DNA of 64,000 nt from a virus. Made by a program: the position numbers and the translations under genes. Below, one piece after another: positions 25,789 through 33,891 of the stretch (its first letter is position 1; each line of letters opens with the position of its first letter). Below the pieces are notes generated by a model. The model did not search any database and was not told the DNA's origin. It worked only from the letters and a program-made list of their open reading frames with translations. Location of the stretch: positions 1 to 64,000 of the IMG/VR virus record IMGVR_UViG_3300020158_000335. One strand, given 5' to 3'.

Positions 25789-26756
25789 TGTGATATCCAT
25801 AAGTTGTATCCATTCCCGTGTATTAACCATCCGTAATAACTCATTACGGATTTTACGCACGACCTAATATCTGTGGCATCATCCAAGAAGACACGAATTT
25901 TGCGTTTAAAGTTTTTTGAAATTGATTTGCGTATCAAGGTAAACTTTCCAAAAAAACGATAGCCTAAAAAATCAATGCCCCGTTCATCGGATGGGAATAC
26001 CTGCCAGTTGCTTTTGATTTCAAGCTTCAACTCTGAACTCATATATTTCCTGATATCACTAAATAGACTGTGAAGAAAAGCCTTGTCATTATGCAATATG
26101 ACAAGATCGTCGCAATATCTGGCGTAATATCTGATGTTCTTTTTCTCTTTCAGCCAATGGTCAAAAGGAGATAAATATATGTTAGCAAAGTACTGAGACA
26201 GGTAATTACCAATAGGTACGCCTTCTGCGCTATCAACAATTGTATCCAATAGCCATAAAGTATCTGCACATTTTATCTTTTTTCTGATGATATTTTTCAA
26301 ACAGTCATGATTGACGGAAGGATAAAACTTTTTAATATCAAGTTTTAAACAGTATTTGGTTCCGTCATTGTCTTTTAGAAAATCTTTCATTCGGATCACG
26401 CCATCATGTATTCCACGGCCTGCCATTGATGCGTATGTGTCTCGTATAAATGTTTTCATCCATATCGGTTCAAGAACCTGCATGATACAGTGGTGGATGA
26501 TACGATCAGGAAAATACGGGAGTTTAAAAATTTCCCTTTCTTTTCCTCTCTCAGTCCTTTTGAATACCTGATATTGTGCATTTTTGAACACTTTATTTTT
26601 TAAACTATTATGAATTTGCACAAAATATTTTTCTGGATCGCGATCAACCATTTTGACGTCTGAATAATTATTTTTCCCACGCCTTGCGTTCTTGTGCGCC
26701 AGCCGGATGTTATCCATGTCGTAAATTTTATGGTATAAATTACCAAAACGTTTCAT
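25695..26756 (-). CDS. DGR reverse transcriptase
   Basis: GVPIGNYLSQ (DGR-type SQ motif), RYCDD, LKLDIKKFYPSV and GIDFLGY. Confidence 0.95.
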   Translation of the reverse strand: MKRFGNLYHKIYDMDNIRLAHKNARRGKNNYSDVKMVDRDPEKYFVQIHNSLKNKVFKNAQYQVFKRTERGKEREIFKLPYFPDRIIHHCIMQVLEPIWMKTFIRDTYASMAGRGIHDGVIRMKDFLKDNDGTKYCLKLDIKKFYPSVNHDCLKNIIRKKIKCADTLWLLDTIVDSAEGVPIGNYLSQYFANIYLSPFDHWLKEKKNIRYYARYCDDLVILHNDKAFLHSLFSDIRKYMSSELKLEIKSNWQVFPSDERGIDFLGYRFFGKFTLIRKSISKNFKRKIRVFLDDATDIRSCVKSVMSYYGWLIHGNGYNLWISQCRRLLKTRRMCENSLTLRQMNIFLTATNLR

Positions 26757-26880
26757 ATATCTTTTGCCTGATTCCACAAGAGAGTCTTCGCCGTTTGGCT
26801 ACCAACACCCTTTATGTTTTCGTTTTGTGTTTTGCCAAGAGGCAAGGTTGAGCCAGCGCAGTAAAAAAAATAGAACCAGA

Positions 26881-27010
26881 TAGCTGACTGCCCCGCAATA
26901 TTCGTATTGCAATTCGCCGCCGCATTATTCGCATTACGGTAAGTGACTCCCGCATTAGCGCTATTATTCAGATTGCCCCCTGCATAAAGCGCCTGCCAAC
27001 TCGCTGCCGA
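26881..27010 (-). ncRNA. DGR template repeat (TR)
   Basis: 130-bp ungapped match to 27044-27173; all 26 mismatches are at TR adenines on the coding strand; 10 AAT codons. Confidence 0.95.
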
Positions 27011-27038
27011 ATTGCCAACTCAACCCTAAATCAAAAAA

Positions 27039-28475
27039 TCAGGCAGCCGACCGCCCCGCAATACCCGCATCGCAACCCGCCGCCGCATTACCCGCATCAC
27101 GGTAAGCGACCCCCGCACGAGCGCCATAAGTCAGAGCGCCCCCCGCAGAAAGCGCCCGCCAACCCGCCGCCGACGGTTGGTAGTAATAATCTGTAACGAA
27201 TGTAGAGCTACTACCGTTTGCAACCGAAGATGGTAAAAATGTTCCGTCGAAAAGCGTCTGCTGATAGCCAGTTGTTCCAAGCGGGGTTATTCCAAGCGAA
27301 GAATAATTAGTCACACTTTCATCAGTGAACAAAGCAGGGTTATTACAAACATATACCCCGGACGGAAATAGAAAATCCACTCCATCCACCCATTTCCATA
27401 GATGCCCATAAAAATTTTCTATCCCATAAAAAGAATTAGCAACAACCATATCAGATGCCTGAACGTATGCACACTTATTCGCGTTAGCGACCCCGTATTT
27501 GACTGATCCGCAATTGTTCCCCAGTACATTTGTGACACCAGTTTTACATATTTTCGTAATATCCCACGGTGCCCCCTCTGTATATCCTGGCAACATCAAC
27601 TGTGAATTCCAGTTTTTGTATCTGGTTAGATATAAGAGAATAATCGCCTCACCCATCCAGTAATCGTATTGGTAAAAAGCTCCGTCGGTTGCTTGACGTC
27701 GCATTGTCCGACTGAAAGTTGATAATGGCAAGTATCCAGATACAGACCGTATTTTATCTCCTGATAGATACGATTGTGTTGTAGTTCCGTGAATGTACGC
27801 ACTACTGCGGTACAAAACGCCCTCATAAGCTGAGCAGTATTTGTAATCCACGGGTGTAGCCAACCCGCCTGAGAAAAATATTGGGTGAACAACCGCTGTA
27901 ACTACTGATCCGTTTGATTTTGTATAGCTGAACGCACCATACGAGATCAAAGCATACATAAAATTACCATCATTAAACAGCGCATAATAAAATTTAGGGA
28001 TTTGCACCATGACGTTACCATCTGCACCTGTCAAAGTCGCAGCCGTCCCGTCCAGCTTCTTTGTTGAGTCATTTGGATGTAAATAGTAATTAAATGCGCC
28101 GGTGGTGTGCGCCAGCAGACAACGCTTCATCTGCTCTTGGATCGGAAAATTCTGATAGTCGTATTCAAGCAGAGCTCCGTTAACCTGAATGACACCCCTC
28201 ATTGTATCATTCACAAAATCCCACTTAACGCCATAAGCATAATTATTGCCAGCGTCAAAATTACCATTTAATTTTTGGATTGCTTGAAGAACTGTGTCTG
28301 AAGCAGCTACCGTTCCGGCTCCGGATGTGTAGCCGGTTAAGACGTTTGCAGCCTCCAGTGCAGCAAAGTTTTCGTCAATCTCGCCATAACGGTCATTCCA
28401 CAACGCCGCGACCGCTGGCTGTCGTGGAGAACTCAAAATGGGCGTAATCATAGGATGCGGTAATATGGACGGCAT
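27039..28475 (-). CDS. DGR target: receptor-binding or tail fibre protein with C-type lectin-like fold
   Basis: G.VMVQIPKFY, SAYEG and YGIENFYGHLWKWVDG motifs; C-terminal VR GG....GA.AG...IAGR. Confidence 0.9.
   Translation of the reverse strand: MPSILPHPMITPILSSPRQPAVAALWNDRYGEIDENFAALEAANVLTGYTSGAGTVAASDTVLQAIQKLNGNFDAGNNYAYGVKWDFVNDTMRGVIQVNGALLEYDYQNFPIQEQMKRCLLAHTTGAFNYYLHPNDSTKKLDGTAATLTGADGNVMVQIPKFYYALFNDGNFMYALISYGAFSYTKSNGSVVTAVVHPIFFSGGLATPVDYKYCSAYEGVLYRSSAYIHGTTTQSYLSGDKIRSVSGYLPLSTFSRTMRRQATDGAFYQYDYWMGEAIILLYLTRYKNWNSQLMLPGYTEGAPWDITKICKTGVTNVLGNNCGSVKYGVANANKCAYVQASDMVVANSFYGIENFYGHLWKWVDGVDFLFPSGVYVCNNPALFTDESVTNYSSLGITPLGTTGYQQTLFDGTFLPSSVANGSSSTFVTDYYYQPSAAGWRALSAGGALTYGARAGVAYRDAGNAAAGCDAGIAGRSAA
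27044..27173 (-). repeat. DGR variable repeat (VR)
   Basis: 3' end of 27039..28475; offset 163 bp from TR. Confidence 0.95.
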
Positions 28476-28499
28476 AGGTGTTTCTCCCTGTTTACGGCG

Positions 28500-28730
28500 T
28501 TATGATTGCTGTTCCGCGTTCCTGCGTGAGTAAGCCCTCTGACACAAGATACGCGATGCCATTCTGGGTATTGATATCCGCCAAGTCGATAAACTCGGCA
28601 GACAGTTGTTGCCTTTGCAACACCCGTTTTGGAACTCAAGTTTTGTTACAATACCTGGCCCGGTATTTTTATTTTCAATAGCCTGAATTCTGACAGACAT
28701 ATTCTCTATTTGTTTCTGCAATGTTGTCAT
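28500..28730 (-). CDS. Hypothetical protein
   Basis: AGGGAAAAG before ATG; operon context. Confidence 0.4.
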   Translation of the reverse strand: MTTLQKQIENMSVRIQAIENKNTGPGIVTKLEFQNGCCKGNNCLPSLSTWRISIPRMASRILCQRAYSRRNAEQQS

Positions 28731-28755
28731 GGTCTTTTCCCTTTGTTACATTTTT

Positions 28756-29790
28756 TTAAACAGCAGTATAATAATGATAACCGCATGAAATAGTGAAATT
28801 GAACGACGGATCACTCCCTGAGAACAGAATACCCCGCAACGACACTAATGGTGGGAAAAAGACGGTTGGGCCAGGGTTAGAGACGCTAATTGACACGGCT
28901 GCTCCGGTTAAGTAGCAGGTGCTATGCGCCGTACACGAGTTCGATGCCGCACCCGAACCAACGCATGAGTATGGGATACACAATATAGGTGCGTTTGCAT
29001 TATAGTTCCAATTATAAACTCCGCTTCCGCCCACGAGCGCAGCCGCAGCCCCTGTCCCCATTGAAGAGAAAAAACCTGCTCCAGCACCACTACCTAATGC
29101 TGTAATAATGGACAACGCAAAAGGCTGCAATGCTGATTCAACAAAAGTTGCGACGGCAGCGCTTGAGCATATAGACCTGAGACAACTGGCGGATATAGCC
29201 ACGGCAGAGAAAGCATTCAAATCTTGCATCGTAGAGTTGCCACATGCGCCCAGTGTGTCAATACCTCTTCCCACACTATATGCTGCTCCCAGAAATATTG
29301 GGCGAGCGACACTGGAGGCAGCAATCACAGTCATGGCGGTGAGGGACATAGAGATAGCAGCCATAGCCACACTTGATGCTGCGGTAGCCGTCATCGCAGT
29401 GCTGGACGCGGCCAGCAACCCCATTGCGACACTGGAGGCAGCGATCGCAGTCATCGCAGTGCTCGATGCTACAAAAACAGGCATGGTAATGTCATCAATG
29501 TCCAAGATGGCCTCCATAGCATCGCTGGAGGCAGCAATCGCGGTCATAGCCACACTCGACGCCGATATCTCAGACATAGTTCGTAAATCATTCATGGCTG
29601 GTGTCGATAACCTAAACGCGCTGTTAAAAATAGCTCCCATTACTCCTGCATAATCGCCAGATGCGACCGCCCAAGCAATTGATCCTGTATTTACCCCTTG
29701 TATCAGTACACCTGAGCAAACGAGAGCAGATGATAATCTTATTTGATCGCTGATAATCGTTGATGATGATGGTTGCGGTATGCTTATCAC
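28756..29790 (-). CDS. Tail-associated protein with 11-aa ASSxAMxAIA repeats
   Basis: About 7 near-tandem 33-nt repeats, roughly 29310-29570. Confidence 0.65.
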   Translation of the reverse strand: MISIPQPSSSTIISDQIRLSSALVCSGVLIQGVNTGSIAWAVASGDYAGVMGAIFNSAFRLSTPAMNDLRTMSEISASSVAMTAIAASSDAMEAILDIDDITMPVFVASSTAMTAIAASSVAMGLLAASSTAMTATAASSVAMAAISMSLTAMTVIAASSVARPIFLGAAYSVGRGIDTLGACGNSTMQDLNAFSAVAISASCLRSICSSAAVATFVESALQPFALSIITALGSGAGAGFFSSMGTGAAAALVGGSGVYNWNYNANAPILCIPYSCVGSGAASNSCTAHSTCYLTGAAVSISVSNPGPTVFFPPLVSLRGILFSGSDPSFNFTISCGYHYYTAV

Positions 29791-30137
29791 GTTGTCACCT
29801 CCTTATTGCCGGAAAGATGAAACGTAATCTTGCTCGCTGTCCCGGCCTTTACCCGGATCGTCTCGGTTGCCTTGGCATGAATCGAATATTCATGAGGCGC
29901 TCCGCCCACGGCGGCAATAGCCACATCATAAGCAACCCAGTCCGTATTGGTGGCGGCATTATCGCCGTGCGCTGCCGGACAATGGGCAATTCGGTAGCTG
30001 GACTCTTCGGCGTCCTGGTTGCTGATTCTTAACACCCCGTCGAGTACGGTACCGGCTGGCACCGCATATAATTGCGCCTCGGAAGTCGATGCAGGGAACA
30101 GCGTAGCTATAACGCCTCTTGTGTTTGTAACTGACAT
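29787..30137 (-). CDS. Small tail fibre-associated protein
   Basis: LY.VPA.T, I.N and SG.E beta-sandwich pattern; AGGAGG ribosome-binding site. Confidence 0.55.
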   Translation of the reverse strand: MSVTNTRGVIATLFPASTSEAQLYAVPAGTVLDGVLRISNQDAEESSYRIAHCPAAHGDNAATNTDWVAYDVAIAAVGGAPHEYSIHAKATETIRVKAGTASKITFHLSGNKEVTT

Positions 30138-30148
30138 AAAATACCTCC

Positions 30149-30367
30149 TTAAAAGGCAAACATATTAAAGAAAGATGGGAAAGAATCAGTTTGCAACTGT
30201 GTCACAACTGGGTTTATCGCTGCGATAGACTCATTGATTCCAGCTATAGCTTCATCTACCGTGTCAAAGTTTTCGTCAATTTCCGAATATCGCGTATTCC
30301 ATAGACTGGGTGCTGCGGGCGGTGCGGTATCTGGTATCGGTGTAATCGGGTAATGGGGTAGTGTCAT
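30149..30367 (-). CDS. Short fibre attachment protein
   Basis: Shares LPH.ITPI...PA...LWN.RY.EIDENF with the N-terminus of the DGR target. Confidence 0.6.
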   Translation of the reverse strand: MTLPHYPITPIPDTAPPAAPSLWNTRYSEIDENFDTVDEAIAGINESIAAINPVVTQLQTDSFPSFFNMFAF

Positions 30368-30381
30368 ATATTCACCTCACA

Positions 30382-30759
30382 TTAAAAAACAAACGTTATA
30401 ACTGTTTCGAATTCTTCATCAGATTGTTTGATCTTTGGCGCTGAGTTACGGATTCCAACCATATCGCCATCAATTTTTATTCCAAACTCACTGACGGTTT
30501 CACCTACTAAATCGGCTTGCGCCAGTCTTCCGGTTATCATGACATTCCCGTCAATTGTCACCGAAATATCCGCCTCCGGGATTGTCGTTTCGATCAACTG
30601 GTGATGCAATGCAATCTGATCCGCCTCAATTGCTATCGGCAAATCATCCGCATCATGCCCGCCGTCACCGAATACGGCAGTTGCCCCGGCAATGGCTTTT
30701 GCCGAAAACACTGATACAAGTAGCGGTTTTAATAAAATCGTACTGGCTGTATTTGACAT
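30382..30759 (-). CDS. P1 gpR-like baseplate/fibre adaptor
   Basis: FGDGGH, L.G..SE.G and PKIK...E motifs; follows gene 16. Confidence 0.6.
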   Translation of the reverse strand: MSNTASTILLKPLLVSVFSAKAIAGATAVFGDGGHDADDLPIAIEADQIALHHQLIETTIPEADISVTIDGNVMITGRLAQADLVGETVSEFGIKIDGDMVGIRNSAPKIKQSDEEFETVITFVF

Positions 30760-30788
30760 ATCTCGCCTCGTTATTTAAAATTGATTAA

Positions 30789-32051
30789 TTACAGGCCGGG
30801 ACCAAAATCCCAAGTGCCGTCGATGAGTAAACTTCCATCTAAATATGTTGCAAATATGGACACAGGTTCAAATGATATTTCAGCGATGGATATTATTGTC
30901 TGCATTGCAGCCACCGTATGATCCGAGACACATTCAACAAATCCAGTGACAAATTGTCTCGACGTTGTGCCTCCGAATTCAACAGGAATATCAAACGCTG
31001 TTTTCCATTTTGTGCTGCCGTAACCAACATAAATCTTCCGGGACCCGTCAACAGGCCAAGTACCATCCACGAACATCGACCATACCGACACAGGAGCATA
31101 TATCCCGGACTTCGCCGTTATGTGCATCGGCCCAGAAGATACCGGATACCGATACTTAATATCCCCATTATCCGAACACATAAACCGGGAACCGTCGATT
31201 TCCCAGGTGCCGTCCAGTATGAGATAACAACAAAACACAGGGATTGTGTTCCGTGATGTAATCACCTGCAAATCCGTTGTGTCCCCCCAAATAACAGGGA
31301 ATTCAACCACAATAGACCAAATCAGCCCGTCAAACACAATATGAAGCGGTTTGGTAAGTGCTACCCGTGCCCGTGCGGTAGATTCAATCAGCTCCGGTGC
31401 TGCTACATTGGCCTCATCAATGTAAAGTTTCCCGCGTGATGTCATGTAACACGACACACACACAGTAACATCTGTTGGGGCCTCGACCGCCCAGGACCCG
31501 TCCAGGCTACAGGATACGTTTGTCAACCATTCAGGCTGGACTGTCCGCCCGCTTGTGATGGTTACAGACAGATGATAACTGTCTGTTTCTCGGACAGTCC
31601 ACGTACCATCCAGCCGCAGTGGCGTTGTCGTTTCCCATGATTCAGAGCCTCGAAGTATCTCTTCCTCGGTATAAAACTCGCCGTCGATATACTCACGGTC
31701 GCTTATCGCATACAGGGGACGCCACTGCATAACGACATCAGGACAAGCACGCCTGATTGACGCCGTAAGCGGCACTAACGAATCCTTTTGAAGCAGCTCG
31801 ACTCTACGCTGAACAACCGCCATCGGGATACTGTCATCAAGGATATCAATATCGTAATACCTGCCAAGCTCAGATAATATCCGATGCTTGTCTTCATCGA
31901 CTGCGGTAAATATCGAACGAAGCCCGATTTGCCTGGCCAGAAGCGGGTCAAAGTTTTCTTCCCAAAGCTGCTGGATCGTCTCAGCGAACTCAGTCCAGCG
32001 AGGGGTTTCTGATTTTACAGGCGATAATCTTGTTTTTAGCCAATTATCCAT
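30789..32051 (-). CDS. P1 gp16-like baseplate protein with LDGxW repeats
   Basis: WLK.RLSP.K...W.EFA, RSIFT..ED and KPLHIVFDG; repeated (L/V/I)DG(T/S)W. Confidence 0.7.
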   Translation of the reverse strand: MDNWLKTRLSPVKSETPRWTEFAETIQQLWEENFDPLLARQIGLRSIFTAVDEDKHRILSELGRYYDIDILDDSIPMAVVQRRVELLQKDSLVPLTASIRRACPDVVMQWRPLYAISDREYIDGEFYTEEEILRGSESWETTTPLRLDGTWTVRETDSYHLSVTITSGRTVQPEWLTNVSCSLDGSWAVEAPTDVTVCVSCYMTSRGKLYIDEANVAAPELIESTARARVALTKPLHIVFDGLIWSIVVEFPVIWGDTTDLQVITSRNTIPVFCCYLILDGTWEIDGSRFMCSDNGDIKYRYPVSSGPMHITAKSGIYAPVSVWSMFVDGTWPVDGSRKIYVGYGSTKWKTAFDIPVEFGGTTSRQFVTGFVECVSDHTVAAMQTIISIAEISFEPVSIFATYLDGSLLIDGTWDFGPGL

Positions 32052-32097
32052 AAATCACATTACCAACATATCGCAAACCATGAAACATTCTCATCAC

Positions 32098-32113
32098 CAG
32101 ATAGCCGTATATG
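32098..32113. promoter_or_regulatory. 16-bp operator, copy 4
   Basis: CAGATAGCCGTATATG. Confidence 0.6.
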
Positions 32114-32117
32114 GGCA

Positions 32118-33530
32118 TTACCATCTTGTCAGGTCAATTATTGACGATTCCATGTTGATTGCGATGATTTGATTCAGCGCAGTTATCTCATGATTTCCTG
32201 CAAGGGCAGCGGTATAATCCCCGTCTGCAAAATATCCAGTGGCTTCAACCAAGGCGTATATTTCTTTCAATAATACATCAGGTTTTCTCAGCCGGGAATT
32301 AAGCCCATAATTGGTTTCAAGTGCTTCTGTTATTTTTGCCCGCACGGTTGCTGTTGCGTATTTTGAACTGACCGCCCCAACGATTGTGACCGTAAAATAA
32401 TGGACAACCGGAAACACCCATTGAAACCGTCGATTCAACAGCCGCACAGACTGTAATTTAGTCATGATGTCTGTGCCGATCTCGGTATTGTTTAGGGCAT
32501 AAGCTGAGACAAATATCTTGTTCACAAACTCAAGGTTTTTATATCCTGATTCGGACTCTGCCTCTGTCTCACCCCAAACGTTTATCCATAATATTTCCGG
32601 GAATTCACGTCTTAAAAAGAATTCATAATCTTCCTGCCAAACAAGTTGCTCTTGATACAACGGCCAGTAAAATAAATTCTTTCGAAGCTCTTCACTCGTT
32701 TCAACCGGCTCCCCGCCAATTACCATGACACCTATAATAAATGTCATGGTCGCCGGTGCGCCTGTTATATCCAGTATCCCGGCTCCGCCTGTTGGGGCAA
32801 GCGACATTCCGGCCTGTAAAACAGTAGGGCCAGCGGTTAACCACAACACGATTTTGATTGAGGCTCCAAGCGGGATTATACTTCCATAATCACCGTTTCC
32901 GAATCTGATGCCTATCTGTCCGGTATGCGTGTAAAATTCGTCATATACAGTTGATACTGGCAGCGTGTTTTGAAACAGCCTGGCTATTTGCCAGCTCAGA
33001 TATCCAGCCCCGTCATGCAGATCAACAGATACATCTATTTGAGAGATACTGCTGGTAAGGGCTGCATCAAACAGAATTTCGTAATATGGTTTTTCCGCTG
33101 TTACGTCATGCAGGATAACTTGTTGTGATAACTGGCTGACGTTCGCGTAAGCTACTGCACCGGGAACAATCGTATCGGGGATGGCCATTCGGTAATCAAT
33201 CCCGTAATTCGATTTAAACATTTGCCCTTCTGGGATTGATACTGCGTTTTTGCCAGTGTTTTTTATCGTAACTATGCCCGTCGAAGGGGTTGCCTTGCGC
33301 GGAATATAGCCTCTGTCCTCGGCGTGCGCCATAATGCTGGATTGATTAAGGGCAGTGGATAAAAATTGCTCTTGCATTGCCCGCTCTGACCCATACTGAG
33401 AGGCCCGAAGCGCCCATGACATAAACACTGACAGATGGTTGACAAACTGTGAATCCTTGAGATATTGCCAGCCCTCTTTTGTGCCGATGATCTCTTTGAA
33501 TTTCTCAATGGCCTCGTCATTAGATAACAT
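32118..33530 (-). CDS. bplA: Baseplate wedge protein BplA (baseplate J-like)
   Basis: FLSTA...SI.AHAEDRGY.P, IRFGNG.YG.I and QLVW.EDY. Confidence 0.8.
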   Translation of the reverse strand: MLSNDEAIEKFKEIIGTKEGWQYLKDSQFVNHLSVFMSWALRASQYGSERAMQEQFLSTALNQSSIMAHAEDRGYIPRKATPSTGIVTIKNTGKNAVSIPEGQMFKSNYGIDYRMAIPDTIVPGAVAYANVSQLSQQVILHDVTAEKPYYEILFDAALTSSISQIDVSVDLHDGAGYLSWQIARLFQNTLPVSTVYDEFYTHTGQIGIRFGNGDYGSIIPLGASIKIVLWLTAGPTVLQAGMSLAPTGGAGILDITGAPATMTFIIGVMVIGGEPVETSEELRKNLFYWPLYQEQLVWQEDYEFFLRREFPEILWINVWGETEAESESGYKNLEFVNKIFVSAYALNNTEIGTDIMTKLQSVRLLNRRFQWVFPVVHYFTVTIVGAVSSKYATATVRAKITEALETNYGLNSRLRKPDVLLKEIYALVEATGYFADGDYTAALAGNHEITALNQIIAINMESSIIDLTRW

Positions 33531-33891
33531 TTCTGATATTTACCTCGCTATTGAACATGCCGGAGCCGTAAAGAATTTGCACATTACAGATGTCAATGTC
33601 CCAAAAACCGACCCGGACGCCGTAAATGGGGATGCCGCAATCCGCCGCCAGTTTTTTTACGATTCGAAATTCCATCATAACCTCCAGATTGGATGACGGC
33701 GGCTCGTGCTGGAGCGCCCCCAGGGAGTTGCCCCAACTGGGCATGTCCGCAACCGTGCCTTCGGGCGTCTCGAACCATTCCTGTATCCGTTCGTTTAGCG
33801 CGTCTGAGCCTGAATACGTTGTCAGAACGTCTTGAGGCGCTATTGATAATCCCATCAGATGATCGTATTCTTCTAAAATCATATTGCTCAC
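33520..33891 (-). CDS. pmgA: PmgA (T4 gp25-like sheath initiator)
   Basis: EW..TPEGTV...PSWGN.L...HEP. Confidence 0.7.
   Translation of the reverse strand: MSNMILEEYDHLMGLSIAPQDVLTTYSGSDALNERIQEWFETPEGTVADMPSWGNSLGALQHEPPSSNLEVMMEFRIVKKLAADCGIPIYGVRVGFWDIDICNVQILYGSGMFNSEVNIRNVI

Noticed and set aside
25695-26777. RT as a group II intron or retron
   Set aside because: The SQ motif and the adjacent adenine-specific TR/VR pair identify a DGR.
29310-29570. CRISPR-like periodic repeats
   Set aside because: 33-nt coding repeats without spacers; no cas genes.
28756-29790. Second DGR target
   Set aside because: No TR-like sequence at its 3' end, or anywhere else that I could see.
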